A stretch of DNA of 50,127 nucleotides, the filler included, from Jimgerdemannia flammicorona (Eukaryota), in assembly GCA_003990765.1 (NCBI GenBank). It is 2 parts of 2 records of this genome, joined end to end, with 100 filler letters (N's around TTAATTAATTAA, not from the genome) between each part and the next. Parts side by side here need not be neighbours in the genome. Positions count along the whole stretch, not along the records: positions 1 to 25,018 come from RBNJ01000892.1; 1 more part is not named here. One strand, 5' to 3'. Below the pieces are notes generated by a model. It searched no databases and was not told the origin of the DNA. It was given only the letters and a program-made list of their open reading frames with translations. Numbering within the stretch: the first letter of the stretch is position 1; every line of letters starts with the position of its first letter. Of this stretch, positions 1-12,600 are shown piece by piece. The translations under genes were made by a program, and so were the position numbers.

Positions 1-381
1 CCCCCCCTCCCAGGGCTCGCCTTGCCCTTCCCCACAGCAGCACCAGCCCTGTCTCCAGCAGGCCATCCACTCCCCTTCACCTTGTCAGCAAAGCTCGAGG
101 GACCAGCCTTTCCGCTACCACTACCTGTCGCCAGTCCTCCTCGAGAGCCCTCACCACCGTTCGACCCTCCAAAGGCCCCCATCCCCAGGCCATAACCCCT
201 CCCCACTTGCTGCCAGCCGAAAGCCCCAGCTCCCCCCGACCCAGTACGCCCGTCGGAACTCTTGCTTGAAGACATATTGCTAGTACCTTTACTCCTAGTT
301 GTGTCGAGAACTGTTGCTTGAAGGTTTGTGTAACGTGAATTGTACAGGAGAAAGGTGTCCGTACAGGAGAAAGGTGTCCCC
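1..381 (-). mobile_element. L1/Tx1-like LINE copy a, 5' end (5'UTR plus ORF1 N-terminus from ATG at 275), inserted into ORF2 of LINE b; continues beyond window start
   Basis: Minus strand reads MSSSKSSDGRTGSGGAGAFGWQQVGRG...SFADKVKG, homologous to the ORF1 starts of the other LINEs. It carries the shared 5' motif and retains many CpGs. Confidence 0.85.
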
Positions 382-1752
382 AGGCATCACCAGGTCACCT
401 AATCCCTCAGCTTGAGGTGGGTGCCAATCTTCTAATGTTTGGTCAATGGCTATAGCATCCACCCCACCCTCCTCCTCACTCCACAATCCACTCCATCATG
501 CCTTCAACATTCCAAGGATATCCTGTACACCATGCACTAGTATACCATCTGAGTCAAGTACCCCTTTCCACCACTGCTGTACCCTTCTTGCTCGAAGTGT
601 CCTCGTGAGAAACTTGGAAGGCCTCTCCCCTTCCTCCAGCCCCTGTCAATGAAGCCATGCCACCAGGCCTTGCATCTTGGACTCTTTCTCTTCCTGCAGC
701 ACCTGTTGTAGTTCCCCAACCTCCATCTTCACCCTTGTTATTCTCCAATCCTCTTCTCTCTCCACTACTGCCAGTCTCACCCACTCCTTCAGGAGCCTAG
801 CCAATCTAATAGAAGCCCAATGCACTCTCTGCCTTCGCTGCTTCCCAGCCACTCTGCCAGCCTTACTCCAGTACATCCTGGCCATCTCTTTCATCCTCAT
901 CCACCAAACTCCAATTGCGGCCCCTTTCTGCCACCACTTCTCCACCTTCAGCTAAATGTCTTTCACCCACTCCTCCCACTGGGACTCATCATCCAACAAG
1001 GAGGAATTTAGGCGCCAATATCCAGGCCCATCACCACTTCCCCCAAAACACCCCTGTCTCAAAAGGCCCCAGTGATCTGACCATGGATACCATTCTACCT
1101 CTAGCATCTTCCAAACATCATGGCCCCAACAGTCGGCCATCAAAATCCAGTCAATCCTTGTCCCCAGACCTCCAGCCCAATGTGTATATACCCTCTTGTC
1201 CCTCCAGTACTCCCTACCAGTATCCACCAGTGCTCCTAGCCTTTCGACCTCCTCCCACATCGCCAGCCCTCCACTCCTGCTCTCAGCACTCCATCCTCCA
1301 TCCATTCTATCCAGCCGTATATCTCTAACCATATTGAAATCTCCTCCAAGTATATCCAACCCAGCTTCAGCAAGAATCCCACTCTCCAGGAGCCCTTTCA
1401 CCCAATCCACATGCTCCCCCCATACAGCAGAGCAGTAACAGGAGCCAACTGTGACTGGCTCTCAACCTGCACAAATCCACTCACCCCAGACCAGTCTCTC
1501 CCCCCAGCTCCTCACATCCCGTATCTCCCCTCTGCCTTTCCAAACCAGAATCCCGACCTTGCTGTTCCAAATTGCCATGCCACCCCATTCCTTAGTCCAT
1601 TCCATCCTATCAGAATCATTCTTGCACCTGACATCCTGCAAGAGGAAGATATCAGCCTCCAATCCCTTCAACCAAATGAAAATATTCCTGCATCTAACTG
1701 CACCCCTTAGCCCATTTATATTCAAAGAAAAAATGTTGGTTGTACTGTTCAT
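382..1752 (-). pseudogene. LINE b ORF2 N-terminal part: apurinic-like endonuclease plus linker
   Basis: APE motifs FSLNINGL, IFLLQD, GGDFN, TRIDW, WSDH and WRLNSSLL. Confidence 0.9.
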
Positions 1753-1782
1753 AATGAAATACAGTTTGTTCGCAATCAATTC

Positions 1783-3812
1783 CTACTGCTCCATGCCCAT
1801 CTCCTCCTGTGCCATGTCCAGATTATGTTCAGCCATCACCTCCTCCTCTTCAGCCCTCTGAGCCTCCAATCCAGCCAACAGCTCATTCATCTCCTCATCA
1901 GCCTTCTCCTCAAACTCCTCTCTGTACTCGATGCAAGTCTCCTGCCAAAGCTGCAGCCCATGATGCCTGTTCCAACAGTACTCAGCCTTCTCCCCAGTGA
2001 CAACCGCCAACTCTGCCTCCCTCTCCTTATCACCTTATACCCTTCCTCCTCCAGATACACTGTGAGAATTTCTGCCTTCAGCACCATCGCCACTCCTTCC
2101 CCCTGCAAAATTCTCATCCAGTGCTCATCACCCATCCCACACAAGTCCACCTCCCCCAGCTCTTCTGCTGCCAGGTTATTCATCATCTGACACATCCAAA
2201 GTAGGTTTCCCACCTCCTTCCCACCAGGGGTCGCTGGCCTCCCTCCATCCAGCATTGTGGTGTTAGCTCCAGCACTCACATCCTCATCCCACACCTCTGG
2301 GACATCCACTAGTTCCTCCTCCCTGGCCACCACTACTTGGTCCCCATTCATTACCTCTGGAATGCTGAATTTCACCTGCTGGGTCCCCAGCATCATCACA
2401 TCCTCCCCAGACTTATTCCTGGAAGCCGGGCCACACCTGATAAGAGGGGAAGGGGTGGGGGAGTTCTCCCAGACTTCATCCCAAATCTCCAAGGTGCCAT
2501 CTGCATATGGGTTGCTAATCTTCACCTCTTTTGCCTTCCCTGTCTTTGCCCCATTGTACCCACTCCTCTCATCAGCCCAGACACTCGCTCCGGCCCCTTC
2601 TGCACCTGTCTTCATGCTCTCATCCTTCTGTATTCCACCCCCCAGTTTAGCCAGCAGATCCTTCTGCCTCTTCCGCCCCTGAGCCCTTTCCCACTGCACC
2701 TTGTCCACTCGAATCCTCTTTCCATCCACCACCTCCAGGTGCGTCAACTCCTCGAAAGTCTTCCAGGCCTTAGCTCACCACTCCACAGCCCCATCCAGTT
2801 CTTCCAGTACTTCCAACAAATCTTCTTCCTCTTCTTCACTTCCTTTCACCTATGTCACCTTGCACAGGATCACTCCCCAAACCATCACCGAAGGCCAGTC
2901 CCTCGCCTTCCCAGTAGCCTCTTTCCCAGCCAGCCAAATCCTCACATCCACATCCCCAGTCCGGAGCATAGTTCCTTCCCAGACCCTGAATCCGATATCC
3001 ACCACCTCTCCATACCCTGCCATGACATCCTCCACTCTCTTCCTCATCTCTATCACTGTCACCATGGGTACTCCTTTCACCAGCAGTTGGACCACCCTCA
3101 GATCCCATTTCAAACACCTTGCCATCAGAACACACACCTCCCCAACCACCAACCCAACCTTCAGTGCCTCCTCCAGCAGTTCAACCTCCTCAAAACCCAC
3201 CTCTACCCCCTCTAGTCCCTTCAGAAACTTCACTGAAGCTGCTCCTGCCACCTGCTTAGCAATAAGCCCCAACACCATTTTCGCCATCACTACTAAGCCC
3301 TGGAAGTACAGTGTGATTGCAAACTCTGAGATCGACTTCTTGAGTAATAGAGCCACCGCCAGTCCCATTACACCATCTGCCAGGTCTCTGGGCCTCGTGC
3401 TCTTCCCACCGCTCAGCTCACCATCAGCAGTCTCATCTAGATTTTTTTTCCAGATTGCCTGTCACACTCCCATCAGCAGTCCCCACCCCAGCCGCTACCC
3501 CCCCAGCTCCACCCCTATGGCCCTCTAGAGAGGTACCCCCAAGAGGTTGCTGCCTGGTAGCCTTCACTGATACCTTCCCCCCTCTCAGCCAGCTCTCCAG
3601 TCCAGCTCCCTGCTGACCCCCTTCACCTTCTCTGCAAAGCTCACCCTGCCAGACCCTTGACCTCCAGCTCTGCCCCCTCCTCCACCATGGCCTCCTGCCA
3701 GTAGGCCCCTCATACTACCCCCCAAGCTAGGGCCTCTCCCCACTTGCTGCCATTCAAATGCTCCAGGGCCACCCTGCCCAGTACACACCTCAGGATGCTC
3801 ATTAGTCACTAT
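1783..3812 (-). pseudogene. LINE b ORF1 (start decayed to ATA; stops and frameshift)
   Basis: ORF-track fragments 3585-3809, 2850-3368, 1887-2747 and 1783-2010 match ORF1 of LINEs c and d (GVEVGFE, RTGDVDVRIWL, EMGMEQ*). Confidence 0.85.
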
Positions 3813-3893
3813 GATACTAGTAGCTTTTCTCCAGAAACTATGTTGAAAGTGTTGCCAAAAGATTGTGTAACCTGAATATTACCAGAGAAAGGC

Positions 3894-5806
3894 TGAGGTC
3901 TTGGGTTCATATGATAAGATCTTCTAGTTTTTGTGCAAGTTCTTCAAAATCTCTAGCAGGGCTGTCTATATTGTCTAGTTGATCTGGTTGGAGATTTTGG
4001 GCTGTACTATCTTCTGGTTCTGATTGAGATCCTTTTGATGCTGGATAGTTGACAAATCTTGATATAATTACTTCTCTTCCTGTCCAGATGCTGGTGATAA
4101 CTGGTTCTCCTATAGTGGCAGAGGTTGGTATTATATCAAATGTATCCAGTTTGACTGTGGGTTCTTGTAAGCTAAAAAGTCATATCAATTTTTGAAATCT
4201 TCCCAGTTGAGCCCCCAAATGTAATGTATCTGGCTCAATGGAGGCAAATTACAAGGTTGGGGGTTGATGTAGTTTGGCTTGAGCCCCTGGTTACTTTGTT
4301 AAAAGCAACAAAATGTTCTTGGTGTTTAGTGGTATAATAGTCAAGATCTGGATACTGTGCAAGTAGTTTTCTTTTTGGGATAGGTTCTTGGGTATAATGG
4401 TGGTTTGTATGAGCAGTTTTCTTCTTGGGTGGTAGTTAATTTGTGTATAGCATAAGTAGGTTCCTTATTCAGGTCAACTGGGAATGCAACAATTTTATAT
4501 AGCAAGACAATCTCCTAAAGTATACAATTTCTAGTATGACAATCTCTTATATAGTGTAATGATCTCTGTGTAGCATGAGTAGATTTCCTTCTGTGGGTCA
4601 ACTGGAAATGCAGTGATCTGGTGGATAACTTGATTTGGTGATGCCTCTTTCTCTACTATCTTACTGGTCACAGTGGTTTGATAGGCAACCTTCCAAGTCT
4701 ACTTTCCACAATTATTATCTCCTCTACTTTGGGTTGATTTGCTGTACCTGTTGCAGAGCAGTGGGAGGGAGACAATGGTGATGAGTTGCCCCTTTATCAG
4801 TATCAGATCAGTGTCTTCTTCACTTTTTTGTGATTTCTAGTATCTTTGGCTGCATCTGGAGTATATCTGTTTTGGTGTAGTGCCTTCTTCCTTTTACTGT
4901 CACTAACAAGGTACTGTCTTGGTATATATTGGACTATATAGAGAGTTAGCTAACCTTGGGTGTCAAGTGCTCAGTGTAGGTTACCTACAGGTCCTCAGTA
5001 CCTGTAGTGGGGCCCTCTGGCTTTGGCAAGCTTCTCAGTGAGTGTGGTTCTAGTATAGGTGACTGCTTTTTGGTATTGTCAGGATAGGAGGAGAGATGGT
5101 CATTACAGATAAGAGGAAGGGCGATAATGGTGAACCAGTAGGGTGCCAGGCTGGGAGCAGTTGTTAGGGCTGGGGTAGGTGTTGCTTTGGTGGGGCCTTT
5201 TGATTGATGCAGTATGGTTAGATGGTAGGTGTCACTCTCAGCTTCTTTTAGTGATTCAGCAAGTTGGGCCCCAGTTGTCAGAGGGGGTCAGGGGGTCTGA
5301 GGCTACCCATTTCAGGTGTCTTGGCTACACTCAACTGAAACCAGGAGCTGATATGGCAATGTAATTAAGGCCTACAGGCTTGAGTAGTAGGGTATTAGGG
5401 GTCTCCTCCTGCCTTACATGTAAGTCCTTTACTCACTTCAACTGAGAAAATTAGGCCCTATCCACCATATTGTACTTTGATAAGGGTTTTTCTTTACCTG
5501 TCTTCTCTTTGGGGTGGCAGGGGCTATTCTATTCAGCTCAAGTATAGCCTTGTACATACATTGGGTTCTCAGGCATGTACTTTTGGTTGTTGGTATATGG
5601 CTGGGTTTCTCCTGGTGGTAGGGAGAGCATGGTGTATAGAATAAGATATGGGCCAACATAGGCCCACTGCATCTGGCATGGTTGAGCTGCTGGACAATAG
5701 CTAGCCTAGATTAATGGAGGGGCAGTGCTTGATGGGTGGTGGGAGAGGGTTTTGGCCTATATAGTCTAGGTTCTCTTCTAATAAAAATCCATGGGACATT
5801 GAGTCC

Positions 5807-5841
<35 letters not shown>

Positions 5842-6652
5842 TAACTTAATTTGGCAGGTGATTTGGATAAATCAGACAAGATAGATAATTCAGATAACTT
5901 GGACAAGGTGAATAACTCAGATAACTCAGATGAGGTAGATAACTTGATAACTTAGATAACTCAGATAACTTGAATGCAGATAATTTGAATAATGTAAATT
6001 TGGTAGGTTTCTGACTTTCTCTGGTAAGCATATCAAAATATAGTGGGTTCACTGGGAATATTGATGAATATAGCAGGCTCTCTAGGAATAATAACTTGGG
6101 TGATGGGCTTTACTGGAAATGGCAGATAACTCGAAAGGTGATAAAGTTCTTTACTCAAACTTAGGCAGCAAATCTTCAGGCTTATCTGGTAAGCAAATCA
6201 AAAATAAATTTGTTCTTTGTATTGGAAAGTAGACTGAAGTGGAAAAAGAGAACCAATGCTTATAATCTCCTAGTAGTGGTTTTAGAGCAAGCATTTCTCT
6301 TAAGTATTATAATTCTTCCTAGATTAAGTGGCTTTTGATAGGTATATCTCTCGAAGTATAGTAGGCAGACTTATCTTTTGCTTTTTGGATTCAATTTCAG
6401 ACTGAGGTTTATTCACTCTTGTCTCTGGGGTATTTTATACATTATGGTTGCTATCTAGTTGCTATCTAGCTAACTATAGATTTACTATTTATGATGTATT
6501 TGGGTGGACAGCCACTGTTCACATTATTCTCTTCTTTGGCTATCTGGTTATTTATATATTTTCTACAGTAATAGTTGCTAGTTACTATGCTATACTAATA
6601 TTTACATCATCTGGTTAGGTTTCAAGATTACTATATTTTGTAGTTTGTCACA
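3894..6652 (-). mobile_element. Remnant of an LTR retroelement: LTR (~6260-6652), repeat-rich leader and start of a decayed ORF (~4453 leftward); split by retroposon X1 and cut by LINE b
   Basis: Shares TGAGGTTTATTCACTC...TTTATAC with the other LTRs and ends ...GTCACA at 6652. GG..(A)ACTGG(G/A)AAT repeats occur on both sides of X1. The minus frame reads ...DSPARDFEELAQKLEDL. The left LTR boundary is uncertain. Confidence 0.55.
4642..5839 (+). mobile_element. Non-autonomous poly(A) retroposon X, copy 1
   Basis: A30 tail at 5810-5839 with upstream AATAAA. TSD GATAACTT(G/A)ATTTGG at 4624-4638 and 5840-5854. Homologous to 23826-25018. Confidence 0.8.
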
Positions 6653-8376
6653 ATAAATATATTTTATATTATAATATATTATAGTTTTATATTAGAGATA
6701 TTTAAAAATATTAAATTTATTATTTTTAAATTTTTATTTTATTTTAAAAAAAAATCTAAAAAAAAATATTTATTGGTTCAGTTTTGAAATAAATTATTTA
6801 TAAATATTCTTTATTTAATAAACAGATAATAATTTGAGATATATATTTAAAACTTATTATAGTTATTCTTATTAATATACTGAATTTAAATATTAAAGTA
6901 ATAATATTTTATCCAAAGAAGATTATTTAAATATACTTTCTACTTATAATAAATTATAATTATATTAAATATATAAGAATAATAGGAGAATAAATAGATA
7001 CTATATAGAACAGACTGATATTAGGTGACTAGAAGTATATAGTATCCTCTAATAAAACAAAAATCAATTATTTTGAATTCTATATATGATATATACCTTT
7101 TTTTATCATCTTTGAATTTTAGTCAATTGATGTTATATTACTTATATTAAGTGATATTTTGTATCTTTGATTCAATTTTATAGTATCTTAAATATTGAAG
7201 ATAATAATAATATACTGTTTGCATATTTGCAGTTAGTTTAAAGTAGTTTTGTGGTATTTTCAAAGTGAAAAAAGTTATATAATATAGATTGACTATAAAA
7301 TTTGATAATGATAAAAAAGACAGATATTATATATAGAATCCAAAATAATTGATTTTTGTTTTATTAGAGAATACTATATACTTCTAGTCATCTAATATCA
7401 GTCTGTTCTATATAGTATCTATTTATTCTCCTATTATTCTTATATATATATTTAATACTATAATAATTTATATAATCTCAAACTATAACTAATCTATTTA
7501 ATAAATAAATTATAATTTATTATGAGTAGAAAGTATATTTAAATAGCTCTCTTTAGATAAAATATCATTGCTTTAATATTTGAATTCAGTATATTAATAA
7601 TATATTATATATATTTATATATTTAAAAAGAGTTTTTTTTTTATTATTTTTTTAAAAGATAAAATAAATAAGATTTTACAAAATAAATTTAATGAGATTA
7701 TAGAGAAATATTTAAAGAATAATTATAATAAGTTTTAAAAATATATCTCAATTTATTATCTGTCTACTAAATAAATAATATTTATAAATTTTTTTTTTTT
7801 TAAAAAAAAATTTTAAAGACAAATTAAAATTTAAAAATAATAAATTTAATATTTTTAAATATCTCTAATATAAAACTATAATATATTATAATATAAAATA
7901 TTGTAACATAGCGGACACTTACTCTTGAAAGTACATCAGATTTCTGTATCTTGAAAACTTGACTGTTCTGACTCTCGCAGAGTCTCTTGAAGTGGCAGGG
8001 GAGGGTGGGTGAGTTCGAAGTATATCTGCCTGTAGGCTTACTAGTTCCTTTGCTATCTCTTTACTTTTGAACTATTTCGATCTGAGGTTTATTCACTCGA
8101 AGATACTGGGTTATTTATACAAGTTTGCTAGCTATGAGAGGGTGGCTAAGTAATAAATGAGTCATTTGGACTTTGTCGAAACATTTGGACAATGTCTAAA
8201 TGCTATACTAAATCGGGGTATTCGATTTGGATAATGTCTAAGAATTTAGACAATGTCGAAATCGAGGACTGCTAACTATAATGCTATACTATTTTGGGAA
8301 TGGGTGCGATCAAGTGTCTATTCCCTATTTCCTTCTTCCAAATCTGGCTATACCATCACAATATATTTATATAGGG
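6653..8376. repeat. AT-rich foldback (long inverted repeat; probable decayed DNA transposon/MITE) with a solo LTR in its right arm
   Basis: 6653-~7130 is the reverse complement of ~7288-7901 plus 8365-8370 in several blocks (e.g. 6971-7090 vs 7328-7445). The right end reads ...ATAGGG|TA. Confidence 0.8.
7902..8360 (-). mobile_element. Solo LTR of a Gypsy family related to element A
   Basis: TGTAAC...ATCACA termini, ATAT TSD on both sides, and similarity to the LTRs at 8658-9096 and 14859-15329. Confidence 0.9.
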
Positions 8377-8657
8377 TATTTTTATTTAAATAATTAAAAT
8401 ATAAATTTTAATAAAATATTGATTCAGTTTTGGAATATACTATAACAGATAAACTTTTTGGCTACATAGGTGATATAATACAATAAAGAGATCAGAAAGA
8501 TAATGAGATAGGATTAGATCAAAGAGTTATACTCTTTGAGATAGTACTGATATCAGCAAAGATTTCTAAGATAAAGAGATACTATTAGTATATAATAATA
8601 ATATTTATATATAGTCTTGAGTCTACTACAATATCCTACTCTGCTCTCTTTATATAT

Positions 8658-9096
8658 TGTAATATAGCAGACACTTAACCTTGAATCTTCTTTGACTCCA
8701 TGAAGTTCTCAGGATATAGGGGTGGGTAAGTTCAAAGTATATCTATCTGTAAGCTTACTAGTTTCTTTGCTTTCTCTTTACTTTTGAACTATTTTGATCT
8801 GAGGTTTATTCACTCTGGATACTGGGGGTATTTATACAAGTTTGCTAGCTATAAGGTGGCTAAGTTATGACTAAGTTATGAGTCACTTTTTACAAATATT
8901 AATCCTTAACATCTGTTAAATCTTTGATGATTGTCAAGGATTAATATTTGTGAATTCTTGACATTTGTGAAAACTTTAACATTTGTAAAATGACTGCTAT
9001 TTATAAGACTATGCTATATTAGGAATTAGGTTCAGATACTATAATTAAATGTCTAATTTCTCTGATTCTTATTCCTAATTCAGATCAACCATCACA
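8658..9096 (-). repeat. 3' LTR of Gypsy A
   Basis: Direct repeat of 14859-15329 with TGT...ACA termini; TATAAAT and AATAAA on the minus strand. Confidence 0.92.
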
Positions 9097-9137
9097 ACTT
9101 CCTCCTGAATAGATGATTTATCTCTAAAACACTTTAT

Positions 9138-9599
9138 TTACTTGAACTCCCAAGCTTCAACAATCTGTATCTCCTTGTACTGTGTAATTTGTATCATTAT
9201 GTTCTCCTAATGATGTCTCTTAATATGTCCAAAATCTTCTGGAACTGCTTTTTGGAAATAGGATAGGGCTACCTCATTATCTTTAAATAGCTTATTGACT
9301 TATTTGGTGATTGTGATCTGAGAGTGAGAGAGCTGATACTCTCTGATCCAGTCTTCTTTTTCCATTTCTGGCTATGAATTCAGTAGCTGTTCTAACTTGA
9401 AGTATTCTTGAAGCTCTGTCCAATTCTGATAGGCCTTGAAGTGTGAAATTCATGACAGATGTATCTGTACTATGCTTTGAATACTATCAAAGGATTCCTC
9501 CATTGTGGGTGGCTCAGTAGTATACCATTGTCTTTCTATGGCTTATTATATAGCACTAGTGATCTTGAGAGCTGTGGTCATACTTTATTGACTAGCCAT
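9138..9599 (-). pseudogene. Gypsy A accessory ORF3 (153 aa reconstructed), unknown function
   Basis: ATG at 9599 to TAA at 9138 in one frame; the 7 internal stops are all revertible by C>T/G>A. Homologous to the ORFs at 29013 and ~39739. Confidence 0.8.
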
Positions 9600-9647
9600 A
9601 ATACTTCTTGAGTCAGTTTCAGTAAATGATAGTGGAGATAATTATGC

Positions 9648-12600
9648 TTAAGAGTTTTTATAGTCAAAAGGTAGTCCTTTTTATATCTTATACAAGGTAA
9701 GGTCTTTCTCACTTAGGCTCTAGTTTTCATGACCATGAAGCTTCTACTATATTCTAATATACTAGAACTTTGTCTCCTATCTTGATAATCTCCAGAGGCT
9801 TGTGAACTTTTTCTGTATTATTTCATTATAGTGTCTGTACCTTGGTTATGTAATCCTCAGCCTTCTTTCTGATTTGGTATAGTCTTCATATTTCTCTATC
9901 TACATATTTCTATACAGTATCTCTATTGGATGATAGAGTTTCTTGAGAACCTTCTTCTCTGAATAGTATTTCCTGAGAGGTAAAATGGGTGCTTTATGAT
10001 CAAATATCCCAGAGAGCAGATAATACTATTGGTAGATAGTGATCTCAGTTTTCTTAGTTATCACAGATCTTGGTAATAATATTTTTGAGAGTCTTATTGA
10101 TTTTTTTCCACCTATCTATTTCCTTGAGAATGATATACTATATTCTGAATGTACTGGATCTTATACTTCTTATAGAGAACCTCAAAGAACTGGTTTACGA
10201 ATTCTATTCCTCTATCTATAGTTACTTGTGTTGGGGTCTTTAACTGGCAGATGATTTCTTTATGAAAGAAATCAGCAATTGACTGTGCATTAGCTTCCTT
10301 GAGGGGTCCTATCTCTATCTATTTTATGAAAAGGTCTATGATGATGATGATATATTGGTTGTCAGTCAAAGTCAAGAGTAGAGGACTAATCACATCTATT
10401 GCAATAAGAGCAAATAGTACTAGTTCTATATGTGCTAATCTTGAAGCTTGGTTTCATTGATCTTGTTTCTATTTCTGGTATTTGTCACATATCTTAACAA
10501 ATCATCTGATATCTTCCTCCATTCCTGACTACTATATTGTTCTTCTTACTTTATCATATGTGTTTATTCCTCCCAGATAGTCAAGTTTATATACTGATTT
10601 CATTACTTGCTCCTTCTTGTATTCTGGTATGACTAGTAGCTTTTCTTTCTTCAATATTTCTCCATTGGTTTTGAATTGTTTCCATGTTCTGTTGATAATC
10701 ATTTATATGCATTCTTCCAGATATTGGGGCATCTTTCACTATTCCAGATAGGTGATTATTCTATAATAAAGCTTCTTATTCATAGTTGATTTGCTGGTTG
10801 AAAGTCCTTCAGAATATCTGTGAGAGGGTATCTGTATTGGCATTGGTTCTTTCTGAGTGGTGCATAATGGTTATATCATATGCTTACAACTTCATATTCT
10901 ATCTGGCATAGATTCCTTTGGGTTGTTCAATGATCAGTAGCTAGGTAAGAGCTGAGTGATCTGTCTGAATGGTGAAGTGTCTTCTGGCAAGATAGTAGTG
11001 GAACTTTTCTATAGCCCAGATGACTGCAAGATGTTCCAACTTATAGGATTCATATTCTTTTTCAGCTCCTTGGGTTCATCAATTTAGATATATAATGATA
11101 TACTTCACTTTGTCTTTTTTTTGAGCTAGGACTGCTCTTAGTTCTTAGACACTTGCATCTGTCTGCAGGATAAATTCTTGAGTCCAATCAGGTCTTCTAA
11201 GGATATATAGGTGCCTGGGTCAGTCTGACCTTAAGTTCTTTGAATACTTTCTGTTGTCTGCTAGTCCATCAGAACTTAGTATTCTTCTTATTGAGTTCAT
11301 AGATTGGGCCTGTAATATTAGAGAATCCTCTGATAAATTGACAGTAGTATGAGGCAAGTCTCATGAAGGCTTGGACTTTAGTAACTGTGGTGGGCCTTGG
11401 GTATATTGCTACTACTTGGATCTTGAGAGGGTCTGTATATGTTCCATCTTGATTAATGATATGTCTAAGATAGATAATCTCAATTTCTGCAAATTTGCAT
11501 ATTATCTGCTAGATATGCTGCAGATGTTCTTCAGCTATCTTGCTATAAATAATAATATCATCTATATAAACTATCACCCATCTTCCTATGTCATAGTGAA
11601 AGATTTTATTCATTATTCACTGGAAGCTTGCAGGGGCATTGTATATTCCAAATGCCATTTTCAGGTAGATATAGATTCTGTCTGAGATGATGAAGACTGA
11701 TTTCTCACTTACTGTTTCTGTGAGTCTAATTTGGTGGAATCCTGAGTATAGGTCCAAGGTGCTATAGTATTGTACTTTATCTTCCAGAGTTATAAGGATG
11801 TTATTGATGAGGGGCAGTGATTGGCAATCCATCTTGGTGACTATATTGAGCTTTCTATAATCAATACAGAGTCTTGGTGTAAATTCTCCAGACTTATTTC
11901 CTTTCTTTGGAGCTAGTACAACTGGTGAAAACCAGGGGCTGCTGGTCTCCTTGATGATACCAGCTTCTTTCATCTACTTGATTTCTTCTCTGAGTCACTC
12001 TTGGTAGACTGATAGGACAGATCTTGCCTTCTGATAAATTGGTTCAGTATCTTCAGTATCTACATCATAATAGTAGTATAGAGTCTTTCTTTTGATATTC
12101 TTGAAGTCTGTGGCAAGGATATCCTCAAATTTATGGAATATTTTCTTGAGCTCCATCTTGAGTGAGAATTCATTTCCAATAGTATAGCTGTGCTTATTCA
12201 TAGTTTCCTCCTTTTTGTACTTTAGCTCAGTGATCTTGGTACTAGCAAATACTCCTCTTTCAGTATATCTGAATCTTTTCCTTCCTCTTTCTATTTCCTC
12301 TAACTTCTTGACTTTCATGATCCTTGGCTGAAGAACAAGAAAGATCAACATCTGTGTCAGTCAGTCCTTCTTTTTGATTGGAAATGGAATTATAGAATTG
12401 TGGTTTCTGATGATAAGTAGTATTTCTCTAATATAATCTGAATTGATGACTCCTCCTTCAATTGTGATTTCACTCCTAGCTAGGCTGCTTCTTGTCTTGA
12501 GGATTCCAATATAGTTCTTTGGAATGGTTATCTCCAGACCAGTTGTAAGTAGGGTAGTTACATATCTGAGGTTTGAGTATAGTTTCCTCTACTATGGCAA

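Larger units (their letters stand above)
382..3893 (-). mobile_element. L1/Tx1-like LINE copy b (5' end, ORF1, APE part of ORF2), interrupted at 382 by LINE a
   Basis: Colinear with full-length LINE d (33220-39096). ORF2 breaks at ...GDLVMP, where d continues GDLVLPVQEEEI. Confidence 0.9.

Noticed and set aside
2257..3528. Plus-strand ORFs of 141-292 aa (also 26174-26866 and minus ORFs over LINE d)
   Set aside because: These are antisense shadows of purine-rich LINE ORF1 with Ser/Pro/Thr-biased composition.
9138..9599. ORF3 as an envelope gene
   Set aside because: It is too short and has no signal peptide, furin site or transmembrane segment.
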